This document shows, piece by piece, positions 20,412-29,620 of a DNA stretch of 64,000 bases. How positions within the stretch are numbered: the first letter of the stretch is position 1; every line of letters begins with the position of its first letter. The notes beneath the pieces are model-generated. The model had not been told where the DNA came from. It searched no databases and worked only from the letters and a program-made list of their open reading frames with translations. Origin of the DNA: Minisyncoccota bacterium (GTDB taxonomy: Bacteria; Patescibacteriota; Minisyncoccia; Phycocordibacterales; GCA-2747955); NCBI GenBank assembly GCA_020628915.1, contig JAHDEI010000002.1, positions 7,153 through 71,152 on the forward strand, read 5' to 3'. A program made the translations under genes and the position numbers.

Positions 20412-21677
20412 TTATACATGCGAATCTGGAATCGGGAATTGGTTACACAACCCTAGAATCTCTTCCCTCACTCTATCTTTTGTTTCTTGATTATCTTTAT
20501 CGCGCAGAACCTCAATCATTAGCTCAGCAACTTTTGCACACTCCTCTTCACCAAACCCCCTGGTTGTAATCGCTGGTGTCCCAAATCGGATTCCTGATGG
20601 ATCCATCGGCCCTCTCGGATCGTCCGCAATTGAGTTTTTGTTTAAGGTAATTCCAACTTCGTCTAAAACATTCTGTGCATCTTTTCCTGAAATATCGAGG
20701 GCTGTTAGATCTGCAAGCAACAGATGGTTGTCTGTCCCTCCACCCATTAATCGGACGCCTTCCCGTAGGAACACAGCCTCCATTGCCTTTGCATTGAGCA
20801 AGACTTGTTTTGCGTACACTTCAAATTTTGGAGACAGTGCCTCTCCAAATGCCACTGCCTTTCCAGCAATCTGGTGCATATGTGGACCTCCCTGCAGTCC
20901 TGGGAATACTGCTGAGTTAATCTTTTTATACATGTCGGCATCGTCTCGGACCAAAATCATCCCACCTCGTGGACCACGTAGTGTCTTGTGTGTAGTAGTA
21001 GTAATAATGTCGAAACCAGCATCAAATGGATTAGCTAATGCCTTCCCAGCGATGAGCCCTGCAATATGTGCCATATCAGCAACAGTGATTGCCCCAACCT
21101 CTTTTGCGATTTCCACGAATTTCTCATACGGTAGCTCTCGGGAATACGCAGAGAATCCCGCAAGAATAATTTTTGGTTTTTCTTTCAATGCTACTTCTCG
21201 CAATTCATCAAAATCGATTTCACCTGTATCAGGGTCCTTCATTTTGTAGGTAACAAAATTGTAGATCTTGGCAGGATGGGTCGCAGGATGTCCGTGTGTT
21301 AAATGCCCCCCATGTGATAGGTCCATCCCCAGAACAGTGTCTCCTGGTTTCAGTAGTGCAGAGTACACGGCTAGATTTGCAGGTGCTCCTGAAAGTGATT
21401 GGACGTTCGCGAATTTACATCCAAATAGTTCGCACGCTCGATCCTGCGCAATACGCTCTACCGCATCTGTAAAATCTTGACCTCCATAGTATCGCTTGCC
21501 TGGATATCCTTCTGAGTATTTATTTTGAAAGACTGACCCGTTTGCCTCAAACACTGCACGCGAAACATAATTCTCTGATGGAATTAGTTCAAGCCCTGTT
21601 GCCTCACGATTCTCTTCTCCTATTAGTGCGTCGTAGACGTCCTGATCCTGATCTTTGATGTATTTATATTCCTGCAT
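20412..21677 (-). CDS. glyA: serine hydroxymethyltransferase
   Basis: LIPSEN, KYSEGYPGKRYYGG, TTTTHKTLRGPRGG. Confidence 0.98.
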   Translation of the reverse strand: MQEYKYIKDQDQDVYDALIGEENREATGLELIPSENYVSRAVFEANGSVFQNKYSEGYPGKRYYGGQDFTDAVERIAQDRACELFGCKFANVQSLSGAPANLAVYSALLKPGDTVLGMDLSHGGHLTHGHPATHPAKIYNFVTYKMKDPDTGEIDFDELREVALKEKPKIILAGFSAYSRELPYEKFVEIAKEVGAITVADMAHIAGLIAGKALANPFDAGFDIITTTTHKTLRGPRGGMILVRDDADMYKKINSAVFPGLQGGPHMHQIAGKAVAFGEALSPKFEVYAKQVLLNAKAMEAVFLREGVRLMGGGTDNHLLLADLTALDISGKDAQNVLDEVGITLNKNSIADDPRGPMDPSGIRFGTPAITTRGFGEEECAKVAELMIEVLRDKDNQETKDRVREEILGLCNQFPIPDSHV

Positions 21678-21824
21678 ACTAAGTTACTACTACTTATTAA
21701 ACGTATTATCGATTCTAGCACACGGAAGACCTAAGAAACTAGATTAAATAAATACCCGTAGATCATTTATAAAACTTGACATATTTATATTTATAATATG
21801 TATTAGGTAACGTGGAGAAACAAG

Positions 21825-22016
21825 ATGTTCAATATATTCAAAGCGGTCGTAGGTTGTTCACTCCTCTGTGTGGGCATTATTTTTTTAATGGTAATCGTTA
21901 CAGAGTTAATTGCCGGCAGAATCGCTGATTTAGACCGACTCGGCTTTATCATGACACAGAACACTTTGATAATAACCGGAATCGGTGTAGTCCTGGTAGA
22001 CCGCATTAAATCTTAA
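21825..22016 (+). CDS. small two-TM membrane protein
   Basis: TTGACA upstream, GGAG RBS, two hydrophobic segments, terminator after. Confidence 0.55.
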   Translation: MFNIFKAVVGCSLLCVGIIFLMVIVTELIAGRIADLDRLGFIMTQNTLIITGIGVVLVDRIKS

Positions 22017-22123
22017 ACCCCTAACGGAAAACCCGGAGGGGTTTTCTAATCCTTGTAAAGAAAATTTGACTAAAATAGAACTCTAATTTATAGTAGAAAA
22101 AGATCAAAAAGTGAGGAGTATCT

Positions 22124-22414
22124 ATGTTCACAAAAAAGCATATTTTGTACGGAATCATAATTGCGACGTGTGTCGTACTTCTATCTTCCTGTGCTGACCC
22201 AAATTCTCTCGAAGGAGTCCCAAATTCCGACGGCGATGTTGCTGGGTTTTGGCATGGACTATTCAATGGATTAACGCTCCCTTTCGCATTCATTGGATCA
22301 TTATTTTCGGATAATATTTCGATTTACGAAGTGCACAATAATGGTAAATTTTACCACCTGGGATTTGTGCTTGGTATTATTGCCTATGCCGCAGCTGTAT
22401 TTGCCGATGACTAA
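22124..22414 (+). CDS. putative lipoprotein/membrane protein
   Basis: Lipobox LSSC, AGFWHGL..G...P, IYEVHNNG..Y.LGF conserved-looking motif; GAGGAG RBS. Confidence 0.75.
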   Translation: MFTKKHILYGIIIATCVVLLSSCADPNSLEGVPNSDGDVAGFWHGLFNGLTLPFAFIGSLFSDNISIYEVHNNGKFYHLGFVLGIIAYAAAVFADD

Positions 22415-22444
22415 ATCAGTAAAAGACCTCTCTCGAGGTCTTTT

Positions 22445-23761
22445 TTAGTTCTTATTTTTTTCTACCAATATCAAAAAGTTTTTGAAGAGTGACACAACGG
22501 TTAGAGGACCAATTCCTCCTGGCGAACGACTAAACAAACGTGCCTTCTCGCTGCAACCCCAATCTATGTCCCCTCTCAATGATCCAGACGAGCCAGATGT
22601 TCCTCCATCAAAGAGAATCGATCCTTCTTTAATCATCTCTGGTGTCACCAGATCTGAGACACCCGCACCTGAGACAATAATGTCTGCCGCCAAAGCCTGA
22701 TCAGTAAATTCTGTGTCTTCTTTGTCCACCGAATCAACGTTCGCACCCTTATGTTCAAAATATGTAATCGATGGACCGCCAACCAATTTCCCTCTACCGA
22801 TAACAAGAATATTTTTACCTGCGGGATTAAGATTGTAATGATCGATAATCTCATCAATGGCAGATACCACCGGAGGCAATACGGTCATATCCCCTCCAAT
22901 AAATGTGGCCATCGTTTGCTGGTTAAGGAGATCGGGATCTTTTATTGGTGGAATTAAGTTGCAAATTTTGTCTCGATCAATATGGTTGGGCAGCGGTAAT
23001 TGAATCACAACGCCATCTAAACTATCCAAGTTGTCTTTTATATGCTGCTCTAGCTCATTCTCGGTCACTGACATTTCGAATAAAAACTCTTTAAAATCCA
23101 CACCAATGCGTCCGGCCAGCTCTCTTTTTTTCTTAACATACATTCGTGTTGCAGCATCCTGTCCCACCACATAAATTCCCAATGTTGGTTTTTCATCCAA
23201 ATTTTCTACCTGCTCAATCAGTCGGTCTTCTAGTGCGACTGCCAACTCTTTTCCACTGACAACTACCCTTTTTTCATAAATCGAAAAATTAATATTGTAT
23301 TCGTTCTTTTCATCAGCTGGCCTGTAAGTTCGTGATGTTCGAACCCAGTCAGATATCAGATTGCCTGGAAATAAAATGTCACCCTCCACCTCAGCATCAA
23401 TATGTGTCACATACGCACGATCAACCAAGTCGTTCTCGAGTGCGTATTTATAAATGCCCGATCCTCCAAAAATAAATACTTCTCCAGTTTCTTCTTTTTG
23501 TGCAACCTCGATCCCCTCTTCTACAGAACCTACGACGACGCTCCCGAAGGGAGCGTTGTATCCAGAATCTCTTGTCACAATGATATTCAATCGCCCTGGC
23601 AGTGGCTTTCCAATTGATTCAAACGTTTTGCGCCCCATAACCAATGGATGTCCCATTGTAGTTTTCTTGAGATATGCAAAATCCGCTGGCAGATGCCATG
23701 GAATTTCTGAGCCATTTCCAATGACCCAATTTTTATCACATCCTACAATTAACGAAATCAT
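22445..23761 (-). CDS. folA-folD: fusion of dihydrofolate reductase (N-term) and methylene-THF dehydrogenase/cyclohydrolase FolD (C-term)
   Basis: IG....IPWHLPADF, MGRKTFESIGKPLPGR.NI, FGGSGIY then YVKKK, VIQLPLP, GRGKLVG, PGGIGPLTV in one ORF. Confidence 0.92.
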   Translation of the reverse strand: MISLIVGCDKNWVIGNGSEIPWHLPADFAYLKKTTMGHPLVMGRKTFESIGKPLPGRLNIIVTRDSGYNAPFGSVVVGSVEEGIEVAQKEETGEVFIFGGSGIYKYALENDLVDRAYVTHIDAEVEGDILFPGNLISDWVRTSRTYRPADEKNEYNINFSIYEKRVVVSGKELAVALEDRLIEQVENLDEKPTLGIYVVGQDAATRMYVKKKRELAGRIGVDFKEFLFEMSVTENELEQHIKDNLDSLDGVVIQLPLPNHIDRDKICNLIPPIKDPDLLNQQTMATFIGGDMTVLPPVVSAIDEIIDHYNLNPAGKNILVIGRGKLVGGPSITYFEHKGANVDSVDKEDTEFTDQALAADIIVSGAGVSDLVTPEMIKEGSILFDGGTSGSSGSLRGDIDWGCSEKARLFSRSPGGIGPLTVVSLFKNFLILVEKNKN

Positions 23762-23763
23762 TC

Positions 23764-24783
23764 TTATTTCTTTTTAAAATCTTTTGCATCGAACCCGCCT
23801 ACATTAGCAATAGGTGCCCTAATTGTTCCATGTGGATCGTACCCTTTTAATTCAAAATCTTCGAATACAAAATCATCGATTTCTTTTTTATCCGGATTAA
23901 TCTTCATTTGTGGGAAGTCTTTTGCCTCTCGGGATAATTGCTCGTCTACTTGATCAAAATGATCTGAATAGACATGTGCGTCGCCAAAGAAATGTACGAA
24001 TTCACCTGGCTCTAAACCTGCACATTGCGCAACCATCTGTAGCAACAAAGCGTAACTAGCAATATTAAACGGAACACCCAGGAACACATCTGCACTTCTC
24101 TGGAATAATGCGAGATTCAGTCTGTCATTCACTACAGTAAATTGGTATGTCGTGTGACAAAATGGCGGAACCTCATTTTTATTTTTCTCAGATGCCATAT
24201 GGTAAATAAAATCAGGATTCCATGCTGAGACAACATACGACTTTCGGTATGGTTTTGCGCGCAGCCCATCAATCACATATTGCAACTGATCAATCTCACG
24301 ACCGTCTGACGCCGGCCACTTTCGCCACATTCGACCATAAATTGTCACGAGGTCTCCCCACTGTTTTACAAAATCAGAATCTGCGTCTTCTTCTTTTAGT
24401 TGTGCAATGAACTCTTTCTGAGTTGGAACCTCAATATCATTTTCAATACAATGCTTTCTATAACGTTTATGTGCCCATTCATCCCAAATATGAACATCAT
24501 TATCAACTAGGTACTTAATATTAGAATCACCTTTCAGAAACCACAGTAACTCAATAATAATCCCTCGAGTAAAGACCTTTTTGGTTGTCAGTAATGGGAA
24601 TCCATCTTTCAAATCAAATCTCATCATATGGCCAAACACAGATTTAATGTATGGAGCCTCTTTCCCCTCTGCCTCATATTGTGCCAGCACCTCAGGAGTA
24701 AAAAAGACTGGCTTTTTCCATCCCTCATCTTTAATCTTTGTGAGTAAATCTAAGTATTGTTGTTCTCCTTTATTCATATGCAT
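23764..24783 (-). CDS. thyA: thymidylate synthase
   Basis: FPLLTTKK, ELLWFL.G, PFCH, QRSADVFLGVPFNIASY. Confidence 0.97.
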   Translation of the reverse strand: MHMNKGEQQYLDLLTKIKDEGWKKPVFFTPEVLAQYEAEGKEAPYIKSVFGHMMRFDLKDGFPLLTTKKVFTRGIIIELLWFLKGDSNIKYLVDNDVHIWDEWAHKRYRKHCIENDIEVPTQKEFIAQLKEEDADSDFVKQWGDLVTIYGRMWRKWPASDGREIDQLQYVIDGLRAKPYRKSYVVSAWNPDFIYHMASEKNKNEVPPFCHTTYQFTVVNDRLNLALFQRSADVFLGVPFNIASYALLLQMVAQCAGLEPGEFVHFFGDAHVYSDHFDQVDEQLSREAKDFPQMKINPDKKEIDDFVFEDFELKGYDPHGTIRAPIANVGGFDAKDFKKK

Positions 24784-25209
24784 TTATTGTTTACCTGTTG
24801 AGCCAAAGCCCCCAGTGCCCCGCTCAGTTTCTGATAATTCTGTGACTTCTTCTAGTTCTGGATGGTGAATACGCTGTATCAGCATTTGTGCAACCTTGTC
24901 ACCCACCTCAAAAATGTATTCTTGATCCGAAGTATTAATCAGTCCCACCATCACCTCACCTCTATACCCTGAGTCTACTACACCACCAACTGTTTTAATA
25001 CCACCTTTGAATGCAAGTCCTGATTTCTCCCAAATCAACCCAACGTGTCCATCTGGAATTGCCATAGAAAGACCAGTTGGCGCGCCTTTTCTTTCGCCCG
25101 GTGCGATCACGATTCGTTCAGTAGTAAACAAATCCATCCCTGCATCAGCAGAGTGCGCAAATGATGGCATCTTTGCTCGATCATTAAGTTTTTTAATCTG
25201 CATCTTCAT
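24784..25209 (-). CDS. dut: dUTPase
   Basis: AGMDL, KSGLA, GVVDSGYRGE, RGTGGFGSTG. Confidence 0.97.
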   Translation of the reverse strand: MKMQIKKLNDRAKMPSFAHSADAGMDLFTTERIVIAPGERKGAPTGLSMAIPDGHVGLIWEKSGLAFKGGIKTVGGVVDSGYRGEVMVGLINTSDQEYIFEVGDKVAQMLIQRIHHPELEEVTELSETERGTGGFGSTGKQ

Positions 25210-25211
25210 AT

Positions 25212-25829
25212 TTATGTACGTAAAAATTCTCCTAATGCTTGTAATGATTTTTCCTTTACCTCTTCGATGGTGCCGCTTGCATCAATAATTGCGTGAGGTA
25301 ATTTCTGGATATGCTCTTTATATCCATCACGAGCTCTTTCAAAAAAGCTTGCATCAAAGTGGTCAAATGAATTGATGTTGTCACTACGTTGCTCGAGTCG
25401 CTCTTTTCTAATTTCAACGGGAATATCGTAAAAGAGACAAAAATCTGGCTGCATCTCACCCAATACGGTATTGCTCAAATAATCTGCAAGGTGCTCCAGA
25501 TCGTGACGTTCACGTGCATGAATTTGATACGCATATGTTGTCAGCTCGTTTCTGTTTGAAACTACCGTCTTTCCCTCTGCTAACGCTGGAATAATAACTC
25601 TATTCATTAATTCTTTTCGCGCTGCGTAAAAAAGCAGAATCTCTGTGATTGGATCAAGCTCGTTTCCGGTAATAACATCGCGCAACACAACCCCAATTTG
25701 GGTCCCTCTTGGCTCTCGAGTATACACAGTATCTGCGGGCAAAATTTCCTTAAGAAACTCTTCTTGCGTGTCTTTTCCTGCGCCATCAACACCTTCGATA
25801 ACAATATATGTACCTTTTCTACTACTCAT
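25212..25829 (-). CDS. tmk: thymidylate kinase
   Basis: IEGVDGAGKDTQ, TREP, E.LLF.AAR; start at ATG 25829. Confidence 0.93.
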   Translation of the reverse strand: MSSRKGTYIVIEGVDGAGKDTQEEFLKEILPADTVYTREPRGTQIGVVLRDVITGNELDPITEILLFYAARKELMNRVIIPALAEGKTVVSNRNELTTYAYQIHARERHDLEHLADYLSNTVLGEMQPDFCLFYDIPVEIRKERLEQRSDNINSFDHFDASFFERARDGYKEHIQKLPHAIIDASGTIEEVKEKSLQALGEFLRT

Positions 25830-25882
25830 AGTTGTACAAGTATAGCAAAATAAAAACGCGACCTTTCGGTCGCGTTGCACAT

Positions 25883-26296
25883 TTATACACCCTCTTTTTC
25901 AAAGCCTAATTCGTCAGGAACACTTTTCCAGAGTATCGAAGACACCCAAAGTAAAAATAATCCTGATATGGACCCAAGAACATTACTATTCAAAATGGGA
26001 ATAGACATCTCGGGGATCAATCCGACCAGCGCGGACAAAAACACCCCTAGGCCGAAAATCATAGAGCCCGTTACCCACCCCATGACCATCAGGTACGAAC
26101 TGATATCTTTGTTTTGCTCGACCTCATTTGAATTAACCATAAAGACCGAGAAATATCCTGCTGCTACTCCAAACAAGCCTGCCCAAAGAAATGTATACAC
26201 AGGCATGGCACTAAACCAAATATGCACGGTCCATCCGACAATCATTTGTCCCGTCGCAATCAGGCTGGCTACTTTTATTTTACGTGACGTTTTCAT
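25883..26296 (-). CDS. four-TM membrane protein (orphan)
   Basis: Hydrophobic ORF, AAGGAG RBS. Confidence 0.65.
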   Translation of the reverse strand: MKTSRKIKVASLIATGQMIVGWTVHIWFSAMPVYTFLWAGLFGVAAGYFSVFMVNSNEVEQNKDISSYLMVMGWVTGSMIFGLGVFLSALVGLIPEMSIPILNSNVLGSISGLFLLWVSSILWKSVPDELGFEKEGV

Positions 26297-26380
26297 TTAA
26301 CTCTCCTTGCGTCCAAATAAAACTGTAACATAAATATAGAAATCGTCAATGTAAAAACACGACCCTAGGGTCGTGTTGTT

Positions 26381-26878
26381 TTATGTCCTTTTCTTGGGCT
26401 TGTACCTGTCTGGATTTCGATCAAATATCCAAATTAATAATCCCATCAATAAACCCACCAAAGGAATTGCAACAACGCCTGCCTTCATAGGGTGACAAGT
26501 GAGATGTCCCTTGCCTTCTTTGGTCCCACCCCTGCTTAGAAAGGCAATCCCAGCAGGCATGACAACAACAGCGAGCCCGAGCATCTCGCAATAGCGGACA
26601 TCTTCTAAATAAAAAATGTAAGCAAAACCAAGCGCCAAATATCCCATCATCATTATTCCTGAGATAAATGGAGTCCAAGATTTATCAAGACTCCAAACAG
26701 TAACAACTAAGTACCATCCAAACACTGCCATTAATCCACCCCGAATCACGGACGTGATCCAAAGTGAAACGCCGTCCGTATTTGATTCAAATTCAATGCC
26801 TACTCGCGACACCAAAATAAAAGTAGATATCCAAACAACAATTATTACGTGCTCTTTCCAAATTTTAAAAAACATCAA
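26381..26878 (-). CDS. multi-TM membrane protein (orphan)
   Basis: Hydrophobic ORF, AGGAGG RBS. Confidence 0.65.
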   Translation of the reverse strand: MMFFKIWKEHVIIVVWISTFILVSRVGIEFESNTDGVSLWITSVIRGGLMAVFGWYLVVTVWSLDKSWTPFISGIMMMGYLALGFAYIFYLEDVRYCEMLGLAVVVMPAGIAFLSRGGTKEGKGHLTCHPMKAGVVAIPLVGLLMGLLIWIFDRNPDRYKPKKRT

Positions 26879-26912
26879 GACCTCCTAAATCTGAATAAGA
26901 TCTTATCACACA

Positions 26913-27269
26913 TTAACGCTTCCAGAATTGCCACCAACTTTTTTTCTCTTCTTTTTTTTCAATAAAGCCAGCACCCCCTTCTTTATTTTCAATGAGAATA
27001 ACCACCTCTTCGCCCGGGCGCTTGATTGGAAATGTTTCAATCAATTCATCCTGCTTCCCCTCTTTTGTTCCAAGATGTGTAATCTGACTTTCTAGACCCG
27101 CGATCCGCTCGTCTAGATGTGCGAATTCAGATGCTTGTTCAGACTGCCTCTCTTTTGCGTCTTTCAAGGCAGACTGTCCACCCCATACTCCGCGAATTAA
27201 AATAACAAGCAATACCAAGAGTACAACTATCCCAATCTTTTTTACCAATACTCGCTGCTTTTTTTTCAT
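26913..27269 (-). CDS. septum formation initiator family protein (FtsB/DivIC-like)
   Basis: Basic N-tail, one TM, coiled coil, ..KRPGEEVVIL motif. Confidence 0.75.
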   Translation of the reverse strand: MKKKQRVLVKKIGIVVLLVLLVILIRGVWGGQSALKDAKERQSEQASEFAHLDERIAGLESQITHLGTKEGKQDELIETFPIKRPGEEVVILIENKEGGAGFIEKKEEKKSWWQFWKR

Positions 27270-27314
27270 TGCTTACTATTATATGATAGTAACTATACTA
27301 ATTAAAGAATAACT

Positions 27315-27422
27315 ATGTACGGCGAGAGCAACAAAAAATGGATCAAATGGTTTTGGTGGATCATGGGTACGTTTACTATCATCTCGATGGTAGCCACCCT
27401 ATTTGTAGGATTTGGTTTATAG
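27315..27422 (+). CDS. 35-aa single-TM micro-protein (MYGESNKKWIKWFWWIMGTFTIISMVATLFVGFGL), DUF4044-like
   Basis: Below ORF-track cutoff; fills intergenic gap, followed by terminator 27429-27455. Confidence 0.55.
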   Translation: MYGESNKKWIKWFWWIMGTFTIISMVATLFVGFGL

Positions 27423-27457
27423 ACAAGAAAAAGCGACCCAACGTGGGTCGCTTTTGA

Positions 27458-27967
27458 CTAAGAAAAATAGCCAGTTATGTGTTTTTTAACGAGAGTACTG
27501 ATGTCTGTGTCCTCCAGAAGACTCCTTTCGGATTCTGTTAATTCTTCTGCTAAATGATCAGCATGCCTTAACAAAACCTCGCAAACAACCTCAGCCTCAG
27601 ATCGATGATAAATCCAATCATTATCAACAACTGGAAACATCATTAGAACCTGACGGAGCATCTCGCGAGACTCAACCTTGATTCCAATAAACCCGATGCC
27701 GTCATCACACGAAACTCTAATATGCGAATGCGGCAAACCTTCATCTTCACATTCCCAATCCGCAAGTCTATTTATATTATGCTTTCTTCCGCCCTCACAA
27801 GTAGTTGTGATACCAATCGAAGATGGATAATAATCATCACCTCCAAACGATACCTCTGAGAGCTCGTCAATATCTGAGACGCTTGCACCTTTTGGGAAAT
27901 GATACATCATTGCTCCCATCAAAGTAGTTGGGAAACTAGCTGTATAAAGTTTTTTTGCTGCGCTCAT
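27458..27967 (-). CDS. hypothetical protein (orphan)
   Basis: ORF, AAAGGAG RBS. Confidence 0.65.
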   Translation of the reverse strand: MSAAKKLYTASFPTTLMGAMMYHFPKGASVSDIDELSEVSFGGDDYYPSSIGITTTCEGGRKHNINRLADWECEDEGLPHSHIRVSCDDGIGFIGIKVESREMLRQVLMMFPVVDNDWIYHRSEAEVVCEVLLRHADHLAEELTESERSLLEDTDISTLVKKHITGYFS

Positions 27968-28069
27968 TTTAAATCTCCTTTTTAATGTACGCTTTATGCT
28001 CTGTGTTCCAGTATACTCCCCCTTCGTTTTATTGCAATAAAAAAGCCCGCAATCGCGGGCTTCAAAATA

Positions 28070-28600
28070 TTACGCTTCAGCTGGTTTTGCCCTTACCTTT
28101 TTCTCAAACTTTTTGCCAGGAGGCAATCCAGTACACGCCGAAAAGAAAAAATAACAAACAGCCGCAATATTTAATACAATCTGAATTATTGTGTATATCA
28201 ACTCAAATCCATCTATTGCAAATTTTGCATAATCTGAATCAAAACAAATCATTCTAAAATTGTCAAAGAACGTAATCAAAACAAATAAGCGCACAAACGT
28301 AGAAAAATTATCTAAACGCTGTGCGTTCATGAATCCAGGCTTCACCCCCTTCTCAAATCCTAGAGAATGAAAAAGTCCACCCAAGACCAAGATAAGGATA
28401 AACGTGAAAAGTAGACTAGATTCACCTCGCTTAGTATAAACGTGAGTTGCCGCGAACGAAACAACGAGCAAAAGAAGGCTAACGCGAGCAAGCCATGCAT
28501 AATTCCTATTCCACTTACTCTCCACCCAATCAGAAATATTTTGAAAGCCGGGCCAGATGAAAAAACCATCAAACATAGCGTCATCAATTTTTCTTAACAT
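28070..28600 (-). CDS. multi-TM membrane protein (orphan)
   Basis: GAGGAG RBS before ATG 28600; hydrophobic segments. Confidence 0.65.
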   Translation of the reverse strand: MLRKIDDAMFDGFFIWPGFQNISDWVESKWNRNYAWLARVSLLLLVVSFAATHVYTKRGESSLLFTFILILVLGGLFHSLGFEKGVKPGFMNAQRLDNFSTFVRLFVLITFFDNFRMICFDSDYAKFAIDGFELIYTIIQIVLNIAAVCYFFFSACTGLPPGKKFEKKVRAKPAEA

Positions 28601-28690
28601 AATTTTCTCCTCAAAGAACTTTGTAAACAACGATACATTGAAATAAAAATTATGTCAATAAAAAACCCACCAAAACGGTGGGTTCGAATG

Positions 28691-29182
28691 TTATCCGATT
28701 AAATCTTCTTCTTTCCAAAGATGTGGTGCTTTCTCAGGACGAATCAGCAAATACAAGCTTTGTGCTGCAAAAACTACCCCTGCGCCAAACAGTAGCAGAA
28801 AAATCCAATGATCTGCTCCCTTCTCGAATACTGCGTAGTATGCCATATAACTGAGTGTTATTGACCCGGCAATGCAGGCGACAGCAAAAAATCTCACTCG
28901 ATATGATGAATCCATATGTCTCCACGAGAAACCTGTGGCAAGAAACCCAAGCAAAAAGATTAATGCACCAGCGGCGCAAACCGAAACAAACATTCTGGGT
29001 CCGACTTCAACGTCAGAGGCTCCGACGATTCCCATCACAGCGGCAATCATTGCTGAACCCATTATTAAAGTCCCATAGCAAAATAATGCTATTCCCAGGA
29101 GAATCGTAAATGACAAGTATTGATTCTTGAGTGGTCGAAAAAAATTCTGAACCACAGTTGGTACCGGTATTACAATTTCCAT
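28691..29182 (-). CDS. four-TM membrane protein (orphan)
   Basis: AGGAGG RBS, hydrophobic. Confidence 0.65.
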   Translation of the reverse strand: MEIVIPVPTVVQNFFRPLKNQYLSFTILLGIALFCYGTLIMGSAMIAAVMGIVGASDVEVGPRMFVSVCAAGALIFLLGFLATGFSWRHMDSSYRVRFFAVACIAGSITLSYMAYYAVFEKGADHWIFLLLFGAGVVFAAQSLYLLIRPEKAPHLWKEEDLIG

Positions 29183-29196
29183 TATTACCTCCTAAT

Positions 29197-29550
29197 TTAT
29201 TCCTTAATTTCTGTCCAAAACTTTAAGGTAAAGCTGAGCATCCACAATCCTAGCGCCAAGAAAATGGCAATCCAAAAGCTGGCAAAAGTAAGATCTTCTG
29301 CGCTAAATAAATTTTCATGTACCGTCAGTGTAAAAACAAATGACATGATAGCAGCCAGATAAACGCCAACGAACTTTATACCAGGTAGTTCTGACTTGCT
29401 CTCAGTTGCATATACTGACAATGCAATCCCCGAGACAACAAGACCTACGGGAATCCAAAAAGCAGCTTCATTCCCCCTTAAAAAGAAAATGATAACCATA
29501 CTCGGAATAACCAAAATATTGGCAACTCTCAAAGAACTAGATCTATTCAT
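29197..29550 (-). CDS. four-TM membrane protein (orphan)
   Basis: AGGAGG RBS, hydrophobic. Confidence 0.65.
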   Translation of the reverse strand: MNRSSSLRVANILVIPSMVIIFFLRGNEAAFWIPVGLVVSGIALSVYATESKSELPGIKFVGVYLAAIMSFVFTLTVHENLFSAEDLTFASFWIAIFLALGLWMLSFTLKFWTEIKE

Positions 29551-29620
29551 ATTAAACCTCCTTAGGTTGTCAAAACAGATAAAAATATCATTACATTAAA
29601 ATATGTTTTCGTCAACAAAA

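Noticed and set aside
28660-28690. GGTTCGAAT resembling a tRNA T-loop
   Set aside because: Part of the terminator hairpin aacccacc-aaaac-ggtgggtt; no cloverleaf.
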